A stretch of DNA of 64,000 nt from Spirochaetia bacterium (GCA_965263295.1 OZ253665.1:960001-1024000); one strand, 5' to 3'. Counted from the first letter of the stretch, positions 21,146 through 31,049 are shown. The notes: generated from the letters alone by a model not told the origin. Numbers and translations: made by a program.

Positions 21146-21742
21146 ATGCCATTTTCATTTTCCATTCTATTTTTCGTGAAGCAACAGTTTTCCCATCTTG
21201 GGCGGGCCGGCTTTAGCCGTCTGTTTGGTTCGGTATTGCTGCCGTCGGGCATGCTTTTACTGGCGGCCAGCTGCAATATTTCGCAACGAAATCTGAACAT
21301 CAATTTGGACGAGACACCTTTATTCCCAGATCGGCAATGGGCCATTGTGAATATGCCGTATATTAAAGTCAGTCGCAACCTTGCCTCTCCACAGAACAGC
21401 CATCCCGTGGGAATGGTGCGTTTCGGCAATATTGTCGAAGTTCTTCGCGTCGATAAAAATCCCGAAGATAATACAATCTGGGCATATATTGTGCGGGGTT
21501 CCGAAACCGGCAATAAAGCCGAAGCAAACGATAAAGATGTCACGCAGCAGGATCGGCAGGCTGAATTAAAAGGTTGGGTACCTTATGGATTCGTACACAC
21601 AATCGGTAGTCTCAAAGAAGCCCAGCTGGCTAGTCGACAGATGCTTACGCCCAAAAGCACAGAAAGCATCACGGATTCCCAGTCACGACAAGAGGCCAAC
21701 GATGTTTCTCTAGAAATACCAACCCCTCAAGCTCCAGAATAA
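21146..21742 (+). CDS. Putative lipoprotein with an SH3-like domain
   Basis: Lipobox LAASC; WAIVNMPY, VRFGNIVEV and GWVP resemble SH3b. Confidence 0.65.
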   Translation: MPFSFSILFFVKQQFSHLGRAGFSRLFGSVLLPSGMLLLAASCNISQRNLNINLDETPLFPDRQWAIVNMPYIKVSRNLASPQNSHPVGMVRFGNIVEVLRVDKNPEDNTIWAYIVRGSETGNKAEANDKDVTQQDRQAELKGWVPYGFVHTIGSLKEAQLASRQMLTPKSTESITDSQSRQEANDVSLEIPTPQAPE

Positions 21743-21933
21743 CTTAATTAAAATTCGGGTCATGATTAGCAGAATGGGTCTCTAAGCAGGGGTATTAATG
21801 AGGGGGACATTCTGATGGGGCTTGGCGTTATGCCAATAATCCGGCGCATCGCCATGCGATACGAGCGTTGCGCACACACCTTTGAATCGGCAATTTACAT
21901 AGCGGCAAGCGTCTTGTTCTGGATATGAGTCCT

Positions 21934-22140
21934 GAGCCTTTCTGGCCCTTTCGTGGTTCCTTTCAAAGTTCCCTGGCCAAGTAACCACGAAATACACTAA
22001 AAAATACGAACAACACGAAAAATTCTAAAGCGCCCCCCCCGCCTGAACGCCCCCGCGCCTCCCGTCGTCCATTCGGCCCCCTTTTCTGCTTTCCCCTGGC
22101 GCCCACAGATCCCCGTCGTGCCACCCACGGCTCCCCAGTT
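21934..22140 (-). repeat. Palindromic repeat family, locus A (GC-rich spacer, right arm, partial left arm)
   Basis: Reverse complement contains CTGGGGAGCCGTGGGTGGCACGA and TTTAGAATTTTTCGTGTTGTTCGTATTTTTTAGTGTATTTCGTGGTTACTTGGCCAGGG...GGAACCACGAAAGG, matching loci D and E. Confidence 0.9.
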
Positions 22141-22172
22141 TGCTTGACTTATTGGAGTTTTGGCCCTACTTT

Positions 22173-22920
22173 AGAAAGGGCCGGCGGAACGGGGTGTTGA
22201 GATCGGATTGCCGAGGATCAGCTCCACTTGAGCTGGCCTTTTTTTTCTTGCTATTTCTTCCGTATTCAGTACATCATGTACAAGGTCTGTCGGTTTCAGC
22301 TTCTTGCTACCGTTCAACGTTACATAGGTTCTATGTTTAATCGTAATCTAACATTCTATACAATGTTTCAGGTTGTGAGGCCTAACCAGAAACTTTAGTT
22401 TTACCATCCTTCCATGTAACCCAAATATTCAGATCAATTTTCTTTGAGACATCAAAATTCTTTACGGTTACAGTTTTCCAATCCCAATTTTCCTGGTAAC
22501 GAATCCAGTTTTCCAATAGGTCCCCACCTAACCCCCTCTGTTTGACTTGACTTGTCAGAATTTGGGAGGTATCTTTTAAAGGAAGGTTGAGGGCACCACC
22601 CAGAGGGATTCGACTCCGGTCGCAGGGTAGCAGCTTGTTGAGAACGAGTGATGCCCCGCTCTCCGCTTTCTCTTTCTTCAATGTTCTATACGTCATGAAT
22701 AACATTGGTTGGAGGGAGGCTTTTTCCACCTCATGTGAAGCTAATGTCGGTCCTGCGTTTGATAATCAATAATAGTTTGTAACATTTGACTCTGTTTTTT
22801 TGAGTAAATTCTTTTGAGAGTCTGAGACCGGCTAGCCTAATTAGAAACTGGATATCACTGTCTTTCCACGGGATCAGTTTGTGAGCATATTGGCCCTCTA
22901 TGCCTCTAAAATAAACGTGT
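22173..22920 (-). pseudogene. Two tandem decayed paralogous modules of an unrecognised protein
   Basis: WKDSDIQFLIR...IIKRRT...PPTNVIHDV*NIEE aligns with WKDGKTK/FLVR...TIKHRT...KPTDLVHDVLNTEE; in-frame stops and a frameshift. Confidence 0.6.
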
Positions 22921-22923
22921 GGC

Positions 22924-23027
22924 GTCACAGTCCCCTGGCCCCGTAACCACGAAAAACACCAAAAAATACGAAACAACACGAAAAATTCTAAAACACCGCG
23001 CCTCCCGTCGTCCTTCGCCCCCAGCTC
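22924..23027 (-). repeat. Palindromic repeat family, locus B (right arm plus partial spacer)
   Basis: CCCTGGCCCCGTAACCACGAAAAACACCAAAAAATACGAAACAACACGAAAAATTCTAAA...CCGCGCCTCCCGTCGTCC, a direct repeat of locus A. Confidence 0.9.
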
Positions 23028-23191
23028 CTTTAGTTTTCCGATAGCTTGACGCCCCTTTACAGCTTGGGGATGCTCCGCAACTCCTCCTTGAGCTTTTTAA
23101 AGGCAGCCTCTTGTTTTTGGCCTTCTGCTTAGCGTGTGGGAGAATTATTTTTTTTTGGGGGGAGGGAGGATTCCTTTGAAGCCTCTTCCCT

Positions 23192-24412
23192 TTAAGCCTC
23201 TTCCTCTTGGAACCAAGCGGGGAACGGGTCTTGCATTTTCTGGTATAAATCAGGAGCGCTGAGATAATCTTTAATCAAACACGCATCAAGCTGCCCACGT
23301 ATTTTTTCTTCATTCATTTCGGCACTGAGGCCTATGAAAACAATCTCTTGTCTACGGTCACCAAAATCTTTGCTCCAGTGTTGCTCTACAGCTTGAGCAA
23401 AATCATCCCCTTCTGGCCAGTCTTCTTTCGGAACGGCGGCCCACCATTGTCCAATCCCTTGATGACGAACAAAAGCACCAGCTTGAGACACTTCGCCAAC
23501 AAAATCAGGGCGGCTTGAAATCCAAAAGAAACCTTTCGCCCGCACTACTCCCGGCCATTCCTGATTGAAGAAAGAGTGGATTTTTTGGGGATCAAAGGGT
23601 TCACGCGCACGATAAACAAAGCTTGTGATGCCATATTCTTCTGTTTCTGGAACGTGATCTTTAAAATTATAGAGTTCTTGCGCCCATAGAGGATGATCTT
23701 CCGCCTCCTCAAGGTCAAACAAACCCGTATCCATGACTTCATCAAGATCAACTTGCGACAATGTCGTTTCGATAATTTTTGCTTTAGCGTTTAGGCCGCG
23801 AATAATGGCTTTAACAATTTCAAGCTCGTCTTTGGCAAGCAGATCAATCTTGTTTAGAATGATAACATTGGCAAACTCAATCTGTTCGACCAACAAGTCG
23901 ACCAATGTGCGCTCGTCTTCCTCGCCGAGGCTTTCCCCTTGATCTTTCAAGAAGTCAGTTGAGCTATAGTTCTTGATCAAATTGGCGGCATCGACGACTG
24001 TCACCATCGTATCAAGCTGTGAGACGTCCGAGAGGCTATTCCCATCCTCATCACGAAAATCGAAAGTCGTTGCGACTGGGAGCGGCTCAGAAATGCCAGT
24101 GCTTTCGATCAGGAGGTAATCAAATTTTCCTTCTGCTGCGAGCGCCCGAACCTGCATCAAGAGGTCTTCACGCAGTGTGCAGCAAATACAGCCATTGCTC
24201 ATTTCGACCAGCTTTTCTTCCGTGCGAGAAAAGTTGCCACCACCGCGCTCAACGAGATCAGCATCAATATTGACCTCACTCATATCGTTGACGATGACCG
24301 CAACTTTGCGACCTTCACGGTTGTTGAGGATATGGTTTAACAGGGTTGTCTTTCCCGCGCCTAAGAACCCCGATAAAACTGTAACGGGAAGTTTTTTCTC
24401 TAAAGCTTGCAT
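23192..24412 (-). CDS. COG0523/CobW-family metallochaperone GTPase (ZigA/YciC-like)
   Basis: [20 protein letters not shown] metal motif, [12 protein letters not shown], CobW_C RAKGFFW and [10 protein letters not shown]; start [10 protein letters not shown] follows RBS GGAAGG. Confidence 0.95.
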   Translation of the reverse strand: MQALEKKLPVTVLSGFLGAGKTTLLNHILNNREGRKVAVIVNDMSEVNIDADLVERGGGNFSRTEEKLVEMSNGCICCTLREDLLMQVRALAAEGKFDYLLIESTGISEPLPVATTFDFRDEDGNSLSDVSQLDTMVTVVDAANLIKNYSSTDFLKDQGESLGEEDERTLVDLLVEQIEFANVIILNKIDLLAKDELEIVKAIIRGLNAKAKIIETTLSQVDLDEVMDTGLFDLEEAEDHPLWAQELYNFKDHVPETEEYGITSFVYRAREPFDPQKIHSFFNQEWPGVVRAKGFFWISSRPDFVGEVSQAGAFVRHQGIGQWWAAVPKEDWPEGDDFAQAVEQHWSKDFGDRRQEIVFIGLSAEMNEEKIRGQLDACLIKDYLSAPDLYQKMQDPFPAWFQEEEA

Positions 24413-24438
24413 AATTGGATATCCGCCTTCCTGATTTA

Positions 24439-24484
24439 TGTAATGCTGTAGCACTTTATAATCTAATATCTTGAAATTTCAAGA
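24439..24484 (-). promoter_or_regulatory. Candidate promoter (TTGAAA-N16-TATAAA) with a Zur-box-like site and a 16-bp perfect palindrome
   Basis: TGTAATGCTGTAGCA (24439-24453) matches TGTTAT-N3-ATAACA at 9 of 12 defined positions; TCTTGAAATTTCAAGA at 24469-24484. Confidence 0.4.
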
Positions 24485-24508
24485 GGCGAGACTTGATAAA
24501 TTTGATTA

Positions 24509-24555
24509 CTATTTTTTAGTGTTTTTCGTGGTTACTTGGCCAGGGACTCTGAGAC
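24509..24555 (+). repeat. Palindromic repeat family, locus C (right-arm fragment)
   Basis: TATTTTTTAGTGTTTTTCGTGGTTACTTGGCCAGGGACTCTGAGAC; inverted relative to locus B. Confidence 0.9.
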
Positions 24556-24576
24556 GGAGTGACAAAGGGCATCAAG

Positions 24577-25398
24577 CTAGCGAACTTCGTAGCGATCAAT
24601 GGTATATTGGCCCATACTCAGACGCACCCGAGCGACTATTGCACCATTGTCTACAGATATTTCTGGCACCGCGCTGAAGGCCAGGCCGACTTGAATCTGG
24701 GCGGGCTTATTGCGCAGTTGGCGCCGGAAATACCTACGGATCGCTTCTTTGATGCCGTTATCAATAGCAGTTTTACGTAGCCGGATCATCAATTCTGGGA
24801 CCAAATTACCAGGGCTATCGTCAGCTCCCGCACCAGCAGTTGCGAGATCAACCACACCGCGCGCCTGCAAGGTCTTTTTGTCGGCCTGTTCCCAGGACTG
24901 GACATTAAAATCTTCAAAACGGCTGAGTTGCTTGCGAATAGAATAATAAAATCGGTGACCGACGTTGGAAACGTGATAAATATCCAAGTCTGTTGGGCTG
25001 ATAAGTTCTGTATTCTTTGGAATAACTAGAAATGTTTCATCCTGGCGATGGAAGTGGTCTGGCGGTCGGTAAACCACTTGAAAGCCATAAACCATTCCGT
25101 GGAAAACGTAACTGGCTTCATCGCGAACAAAGTTCTGGGAAGCGCGAATCAAAGCTTCTGGCTCAGATATCTTGGCACCTTGACGCTCTTGATTGCCAGG
25201 GAAAACGACTAGATTCAGGCCAAGATCCAGCCAAAAAGTCCCACTGAGACTGCGATGTTGTTGAGCCTGGCCAGTCTGTGCCGTTAAGCCCGCGAGAGCG
25301 AATACCCAGGTTTGTAGTGCCAAGAGAGCATGCGAAAAGCGCGCGCCATTAAATATATGGCGACATATGCGGCGACACGAATACTGCCAGCTAAGCAT
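24577..25398 (-). CDS. Hypothetical exported protein
   Basis: 273-aa ORF with a signal-like N-terminus; co-oriented downstream of glgA. Confidence 0.6.
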   Translation of the reverse strand: MLSWQYSCRRICRHIFNGARFSHALLALQTWVFALAGLTAQTGQAQQHRSLSGTFWLDLGLNLVVFPGNQERQGAKISEPEALIRASQNFVRDEASYVFHGMVYGFQVVYRPPDHFHRQDETFLVIPKNTELISPTDLDIYHVSNVGHRFYYSIRKQLSRFEDFNVQSWEQADKKTLQARGVVDLATAGAGADDSPGNLVPELMIRLRKTAIDNGIKEAIRRYFRRQLRNKPAQIQVGLAFSAVPEISVDNGAIVARVRLSMGQYTIDRYEVR

Positions 25399-25424
25399 CT
25401 CGCTAATCCCCTAATTCGTCAAAA

Positions 25425-27065
25425 TCAAAATGGCTCGTGACCCGTTGCGACTAAGTTTTGCGTTGGCTGCGTGCGATTTGAATCGTTGACACTACTGTTG
25501 TAGAGCCGAATATATTCACTTAAATTGCTCTGCCAGGAAAAATCTTGCTCCATGCCGCACTGCTTCATCGCCCAGAGCTGCCTGGGCTTCCGATGCCAAA
25601 GGTAAAAGGCTTCTTTCAATACCTCGCCCAACTCCACAGGTGTCGCATGGTCAAACAACAAGCCATTTTTCCGATGCTGAATCGTATCCGCTAAGCCGCC
25701 AGTTCTCCGCACGATGGGAGTCGTGCCGTAACGCAGCGAATAAATCTGGTTCAAACCACAAGGCTCGTACTGGCTGGGCATGATAAAAAAGTCCGCCGCA
25801 GCGGTCAGGATATGCGCCATTTCTTCGTGAAAGTAGTTTAAAAATACAAAGCTTTGCGGATACTGCCAGGCAAACATTTGTAATTGCATTTCCAGCTGTT
25901 GCTCGCCTTCCCCCAGAATAATCAACTGGCAACGACTTAAGGATAGCGCTTCCAACATCGGCCCACTGCCGTGTACTTTATTATCCGTTTCATCGTGGTA
26001 GAGGCCAAACAGCTGATCCAGCCCCTTTTGCTTCACGATACGGCAAATACTGATGATCAACGGCAGCTTGGGATTCAAGGCAAACTGTATGCGTTGCTGC
26101 AAATACTTACGCCAATATATTTTGGCTTTGCGAACCTCACGCTTTTTAGCTTTGTAGGTATATTCTTTTAAATATGGATCACGGCTTGGATTCCAACTAG
26201 TATTATCCACGCCATTGAGGATGCCGCAGAAATCGTTGCTGCGTTGTTGCAGAACTGGCGAAATCTTTGCTCCTTGAGTGAGCAGCTCGCGGGCGTGGGT
26301 TGGCGATACTGTGTTTATCCGCTCTGCGTACTTGAGCCCAGTAGCCAGCAAATTGACTTGCCCTTCGTATTTCCATGCATCAATTTTGAAGTTATGGGAG
26401 ATCGCAATCCCCCACTGCCGCAGCAAGCTGTAAAAGTTATTGGCAATGATTTCGTCAAAAGTGCCCATGTATTCCGCATTGTGTATGGTAAACACACTGG
26501 GAATTTTACGGCTGGCAAAATTATGTAGCAACGCGGGCAAGTGGTGATTGAAATAAGGGTAAAGACCACAAAGCCAATCGTGACAATGCACCAAATCTGG
26601 TTTCCACAAAATACTCGGATTCTCAGCAATGGCAAATGGTGCCAAAGCTAAAAGTATGGCTTGCAGCAAGTCCAAGGATGAATCATTCGCCGAATAGCTT
26701 GGCGTATATGGCTCATGGATAGTGCCTAGAGCGGGGTGTTTTATCAGGTAAAATATATGCTTGGGATAATCTGGATGTGCGCATTCTTCCAGTAGAAAAA
26801 ATGGCAACCGAGGGTTAAAATATTTATTGCGCAACATTAGATTAATATGGCGATAACCCAACAATACGGTACGCACTTCCATACCTTTATCAATCAGGGC
26901 CTGGGACAAGGAAGTCACGACATCAGCTAACCCGCCAACTTTAGTAATAGTTCCCCACTCTGGGGCCAGAAATAAAACTTTTTGCACGGCTTTTCTTTCT
27001 GTCTCCATATCGTCATGGCCGGGAATCAAATTTTTTGTTAAGTTGCCGAACTTGTTCATAGTCAA
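25425..27065 (-). CDS. glgA: Glycogen synthase (GT5)
   Basis: KVGGLADV, VHCHDW, FTIHNAEY, TVSPTHARE, MPSQYEPCGLNQ, TGGLADT. Confidence 0.93.
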   Translation of the reverse strand: MTMNKFGNLTKNLIPGHDDMETERKAVQKVLFLAPEWGTITKVGGLADVVTSLSQALIDKGMEVRTVLLGYRHINLMLRNKYFNPRLPFFLLEECAHPDYPKHIFYLIKHPALGTIHEPYTPSYSANDSSLDLLQAILLALAPFAIAENPSILWKPDLVHCHDWLCGLYPYFNHHLPALLHNFASRKIPSVFTIHNAEYMGTFDEIIANNFYSLLRQWGIAISHNFKIDAWKYEGQVNLLATGLKYAERINTVSPTHARELLTQGAKISPVLQQRSNDFCGILNGVDNTSWNPSRDPYLKEYTYKAKKREVRKAKIYWRKYLQQRIQFALNPKLPLIISICRIVKQKGLDQLFGLYHDETDNKVHGSGPMLEALSLSRCQLIILGEGEQQLEMQLQMFAWQYPQSFVFLNYFHEEMAHILTAAADFFIMPSQYEPCGLNQIYSLRYGTTPIVRRTGGLADTIQHRKNGLLFDHATPVELGEVLKEAFYLWHRKPRQLWAMKQCGMEQDFSWQSNLSEYIRLYNSSVNDSNRTQPTQNLVATGHEPF

Positions 27066-27356
27066 GCAGATTATCGGAATGGCATAGAATTTTTAAAATT
27101 AAAAAATCACGGGAGAAGCTATAAATATTCTTTGCAGACATTCTTAATTGTGAAAATCGAATCAATTATACCATAAAATATAAAAATTCATGTATCCTAA
27201 ACTAAAATAATTTCAGCTAGCTACTTTTTTGAAATTTTAATGTGCAGCTATGAGTAGCTTTTTCTTTTTCAGAGAATATTTTGAAAATATATTTTAAGCT
27301 CGTGTGAAAAAAAAGTAAAAAAAATCATCAAAGAATGCGAAATTTTTCTTTATAGT

Positions 27357-27364
27357 GCCGATAT
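27357..27364 (+). promoter_or_regulatory. Sigma28-like -10 element upstream of flaA
   Basis: GCCGATAT ends 42 nt before the ATG; no canonical TAAA -35. Confidence 0.35.
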
Positions 27365-27406
27365 ACTGAATACTAAACCAACATCAAGACAAGGAGTCGT
27401 ATTAGT

Positions 27407-28630
27407 ATGTTACGCAAAATTCTTTTGCCCTTAGTTTTGCTACAGTTAGCAGCTGCGCTGTACGCCAAAGATGAAATCTGGATTGATTTTGGAGCTTTGC
27501 CTTCTGGCTATATGCCTGCAGGTGGTTCTTATATCCGTCAGTATGATCCCGCCCCTATTGCGGAAGATGACGATACTGTAGTGGATTACTCCAACGTTTA
27601 TGATCCGTTTAGCCGTGCATCGCAGAATCTTCTGCCCAGCCGTTTTTCAGACCAGACGGCCCAAAATGGCAACCAGGCTTACGACGAAATGAAACTTTCT
27701 CTGGCTCTTGATCGCTGGCAGATTAAGCTTTCGGGTTCTTCAAGTTTCCAGGACACTCAAACCAGCACTCAGGTTCACGCTTACAAAGTCAAGGATTCTT
27801 CCAGCCGTTTTGCCGGCGAGCAAATCATGGCCGCTCATTTTTCTTTGCCCAAACTATCTGTAAACTCCAAAGTCTGGATTACTCCCGAATTCGCAATTCC
27901 TGCTTATTCAGTCGCCCCGAGTACCGACATCCAGGAATCCGTTAATAAATCGGCTATGGAACGGATGGGGCAGTTCCTTCACAAAGGAGTTCTGCGCAAC
28001 GTAGGTCCCATTCGCTCAATTACTGCGACTGTTTATGGTCGCCGTTTCCCGTTGGACTTGACTATTGAGGCCGATCATACGGACAAAGGCAGTCGCGAAT
28101 ACAACATGGGTAGACTGCAATTTTCCGGCTGGCAAGATCTAGTCTGGACCAATCCGAACTACACCATTGATGTTCGCAAGCGCAATTACAACACTAACCC
28201 TGAATATCCGCGCGGTATGCCTTCTATGATCTTGCGCGCTCTGCGCTTGGATCGCTCTCTCCACTCCGTTAGTGAAGGATCATCTCAGGTCGTATTTTAT
28301 ATCAAGCAAATATCCGTTGTTTATGATGACTCTATCTCTGAAACTTTTGATTCTGAAATTGACGATGAACAGATTTGGCAATTGAATACAGTGAACTCTC
28401 AATTGCACAGTTATGACCAGGCTCTCCAGTCCCGCATTAATACTGTAGATCGATATCTTGAACTGCAAGATCGTCATCCTGCTTTTACGGCTCAGGAGAC
28501 TACTGATGGCGGGAATGCAGCTCCTGAAGTTGGTGGCGAAAACGCAGCTCCTGAAGCTGGTGGCGAAAACGCAGCTCCTGAGGCTGGTGGCGAAAACGCA
28601 GCTCCTGAGGCTGAACCTGCTGCCAACTAA
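27407..28630 (+). CDS. flaA: Flagellar filament outer layer (sheath) protein FlaA
   Basis: Signal peptide, IDF, MKLSLALDRW, GVLRNVGPIRSI, MGRLQFSGWQDLVWTNPNY..DVRKR; RBS AAGGAG. Confidence 0.88.
   Translation: MLRKILLPLVLLQLAAALYAKDEIWIDFGALPSGYMPAGGSYIRQYDPAPIAEDDDTVVDYSNVYDPFSRASQNLLPSRFSDQTAQNGNQAYDEMKLSLALDRWQIKLSGSSSFQDTQTSTQVHAYKVKDSSSRFAGEQIMAAHFSLPKLSVNSKVWITPEFAIPAYSVAPSTDIQESVNKSAMERMGQFLHKGVLRNVGPIRSITATVYGRRFPLDLTIEADHTDKGSREYNMGRLQFSGWQDLVWTNPNYTIDVRKRNYNTNPEYPRGMPSMILRALRLDRSLHSVSEGSSQVVFYIKQISVVYDDSISETFDSEIDDEQIWQLNTVNSQLHSYDQALQSRINTVDRYLELQDRHPAFTAQETTDGGNAAPEVGGENAAPEAGGENAAPEAGGENAAPEAEPAAN
28517..28613 (+). repeat. 27-bp in-frame tandem repeat (GGENAAPEA, about 3.6 copies) in the FlaA C-terminus
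   Basis: GCAGCTCCTGA recurs at 28517, 28544, 28571 and 28598. Confidence 0.95.
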
Positions 28631-28699
28631 AAGCTAGCAAAAAAACCAGCCGTTTAGCAAGGAGGCGTAAGGCAGGTTTCTTTGTATCTAACTCTTAGG

Positions 28700-28738
28700 G
28701 CAAAAAAGGCACTCTCATTATGAGGGTGCCTTTTTTGC
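28700..28738. terminator. Rho-independent terminator after flaA (bidirectional form)
   Basis: GCAAAAAAGGCACTCTCA-TTA-TGAGGGTGCCTTTTTTGC. Confidence 0.85.
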
Positions 28739-28777
28739 TGCTTTGTCCTCCTACGTTCAGACTTTGTAACTTTGCAT

Positions 28778-29100
28778 GAAAAGGGAACCACGAAAGGCAC
28801 GAAAGACGGCGAAAAGGCACGAAATTTAGGCGGGGGAGCCGCGGGTGGCACGATGGGGAGCTGCGGGTAACCGGGAAGCTTTAAAGGGAACCACGAAGGG
28901 CACGAAGACGGCGAAAGAGGGACCACGAAAGTGCACGAAAGACGGCGAAAAGGCACGAAATTTAGGCGGGGGAGCCGCGGGTGGCACGATGGGGAGCTGC
29001 GGGGGGCGTCCAGGCGGATGGGCTCTTTAGAATTTTAGAATTTTTCGTGTTGTTTTGTATTTTTTTAGTGTTTTTCGTGGTTACTTGGCCAGAGTCTCTG
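28778..29100 (+). repeat. Palindromic repeat family, locus D (two left-arm plus spacer units and one right arm)
   Basis: GCACGAAAGACGGCGAAAAGGCACGAAATTTAGGCGGGGGAGCCGCGGGTGGCACGATGGGGAGCTGCGGG occurs twice, followed by the right arm ending GTGGTTACTTGGCC. Confidence 0.92.
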
Positions 29101-29300
29101 AAGGGGAAAGGCGAAAATATTTTGTAAAATATTTTAAAATACTTGTCAAAGTTGGTTTGGGGCTATATACTAGAAATGTTCTAGGTGCTTCTATTGGCAA
29201 GTTTGCCCGTGCCTGCGAACCATTATTATTATTTTCTATTTCATATCGTTCCTCATTTAAAATTTTTAGCCCACATTCTTTTTGTAAGGAGGATACAGAT

Positions 29301-31049
29301 ATGTCATCTGACCTAATTTTTAAACGGCTCTTTGCCGTCAGCTTCGCGCTTTTGGCCCTGTTTGTTTGGGGTTGTGAGGATTCATCCGATTCGGACTCTG
29401 GGCCCAAAACATTAATAGACCTGGACTCAAGGAGACTTGAGCAGGCCGGGGAATTTGAATTTTTTATTGATTCCTTTATGAAGGACGAACACATCGTCTT
29501 GCAAGACGGCGAGCTGGCCGCGCAGGAGCTGGCCGATTTTTGGGCTGACGTGGCCGTGCGCTGGGGTCTGCGCCAGAAAATGGCAGACAGTGAGGCGACA
29601 GATGAAGCCGCCGAAAATTCAGAAGCTGAAGCAAGCGCCTCTGAAGATTCTGCTGAGACTGCGGATGAAATTCCCGAAACTTTCTGGCTGCAGCGGAGTG
29701 AAAATTACAATGATGAGGGCGATGCCACTGAATATCAGATCACGGCCGCAGAGGGTGAAAAACAATTTTTTGTCCTCGATGCTCAAGATTGGAAAGATAA
29801 TTTGCCCGATCATTTTCCCGTTGAATGGTCCAATATTTCCGCCGGTGAATTAGAGGTGGTGGTTGAAGCTTTCTTGGCCACCCAAACTGCCGAAGGGCAA
29901 TTCCAGGCCACGGCCAGCATTGAGCTGCCCGCAGAATTCTCGACGGATGTGGCCGCGCCGCTGAGCTTTACGCGGCCGACGGTTGGGGACTCTGGCACGG
30001 CCAGGGTGGGCCAGGATATTGAGTTTGCGGTGAATGTGAGCGACGAGGAATCACCGGAATCAAGTGTCTTTGAATATCTGTGGGAGTACCAGGCCCCTGG
30101 GGCTGGCGACTGGACGCTAGGCGCGCAGACAGAGGCTTTTACGCTGGCAACGCAGGGTTTTGAAGCAAGTGAGGATCCGTATCAAGTGCGGGTGACGGTC
30201 ACGGATGAGGACGGCAGCAGTGCCGAAGCAACCTACCGCTTGACCCTGCAGGCCAACCATGCGCCGAGGCCAACGTTTGATGAAGATGGGACGACGGTTG
30301 CAGAGGATGAATGGTTTCATCTTGCGGATATAAATACTGGCACGCCGCAGACCTTCATTGTTCAAGGTAATGACGAAGATGGTGGTGAGCTGACCTACCG
30401 CTGGGAGGTCAATGGAGTGGAGCAGGAAGGCGAAACAGGCCCGGAAGCAAGCCTGACCTTGTACTCGCCGCTAAAGGGTTTGAGTCAGGAGAAGATTGAA
30501 GCGATGAGCACCGATGAGCGCCACAAGTTGGTGGTAAAAGTAACGGTGACGGATGACATGGGGGAGGAAGCTCCGATATCTCGAACGCTGTACGTGAACG
30601 TGGTGCCGACGACGACGCTAGAGTTTGATTCTGAGATATCTTCATCTCATGAAGGTGGTACTTTTTTTATGAATGCTCTTGAACCGTCTGGTGACGATTA
30701 TTACTTTTTCATAGAAAATTTGCGTTTGAATGTGGTCGCTGAGGACATGGATGGCGATAGTAATGGTGGGTGGATTACGTGGGAATGGAAGCTCAATAAT
30801 CGCGATCTAGATTTAGACATAGGCAATTTCGCTCAGACCGTGATGCCTGATTTATATAACTCATATTTTATTTCTGTGAGATATGAGTTACTGCAGGAGA
30901 TTGAAGAGGAGCAGAATGGTGCTGACCCCATTAAATTGGAGTTTGCGATAACGGCAATAGATGAAGATGGCGGACGGAGTAGACCCGTAATGCGAACGTA
31001 TTACTTGCATCTCTACCGCGAGGGCGAGGGCGCTAATGGGGAAGACTAG
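29301..31049 (+). CDS. Acidic surface lipoprotein with about three Ig/PKD-like repeats
   Basis: RBS AAGGAGG before ATG 29301; lipobox FVWGC; repeated VTVTDEDG, TYRWEVNG, VTVTDDMG, ITWEWKLNN and ITAIDEDG; very D/E-rich. Confidence 0.8.
   Translation: MSSDLIFKRLFAVSFALLALFVWGCEDSSDSDSGPKTLIDLDSRRLEQAGEFEFFIDSFMKDEHIVLQDGELAAQELADFWADVAVRWGLRQKMADSEATDEAAENSEAEASASEDSAETADEIPETFWLQRSENYNDEGDATEYQITAAEGEKQFFVLDAQDWKDNLPDHFPVEWSNISAGELEVVVEAFLATQTAEGQFQATASIELPAEFSTDVAAPLSFTRPTVGDSGTARVGQDIEFAVNVSDEESPESSVFEYLWEYQAPGAGDWTLGAQTEAFTLATQGFEASEDPYQVRVTVTDEDGSSAEATYRLTLQANHAPRPTFDEDGTTVAEDEWFHLADINTGTPQTFIVQGNDEDGGELTYRWEVNGVEQEGETGPEASLTLYSPLKGLSQEKIEAMSTDERHKLVVKVTVTDDMGEEAPISRTLYVNVVPTTTLEFDSEISSSHEGGTFFMNALEPSGDDYYFFIENLRLNVVAEDMDGDSNGGWITWEWKLNNRDLDLDIGNFAQTVMPDLYNSYFISVRYELLQEIEEEQNGADPIKLEFAITAIDEDGGRSRPVMRTYYLHLYREGEGANGED

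Noticed and set aside
22600..22632. tRNA-like GGGATTCGACTCC
   Set aside because: No cloverleaf or acceptor stem can be built around it
21934..24555. Integron attC cassette array
   Set aside because: No convincing RYYYAAC...GTTRRRY core sites, copies are in mixed orientation, and no integrase is in the window
28654..29300. ORFs 28654-28956, 28845-29030 and the TTG-29055 extension of the lipoprotein
   Set aside because: These are translations of repeat or intergenic DNA; the lipoprotein has a clear RBS and signal peptide from ATG 29301
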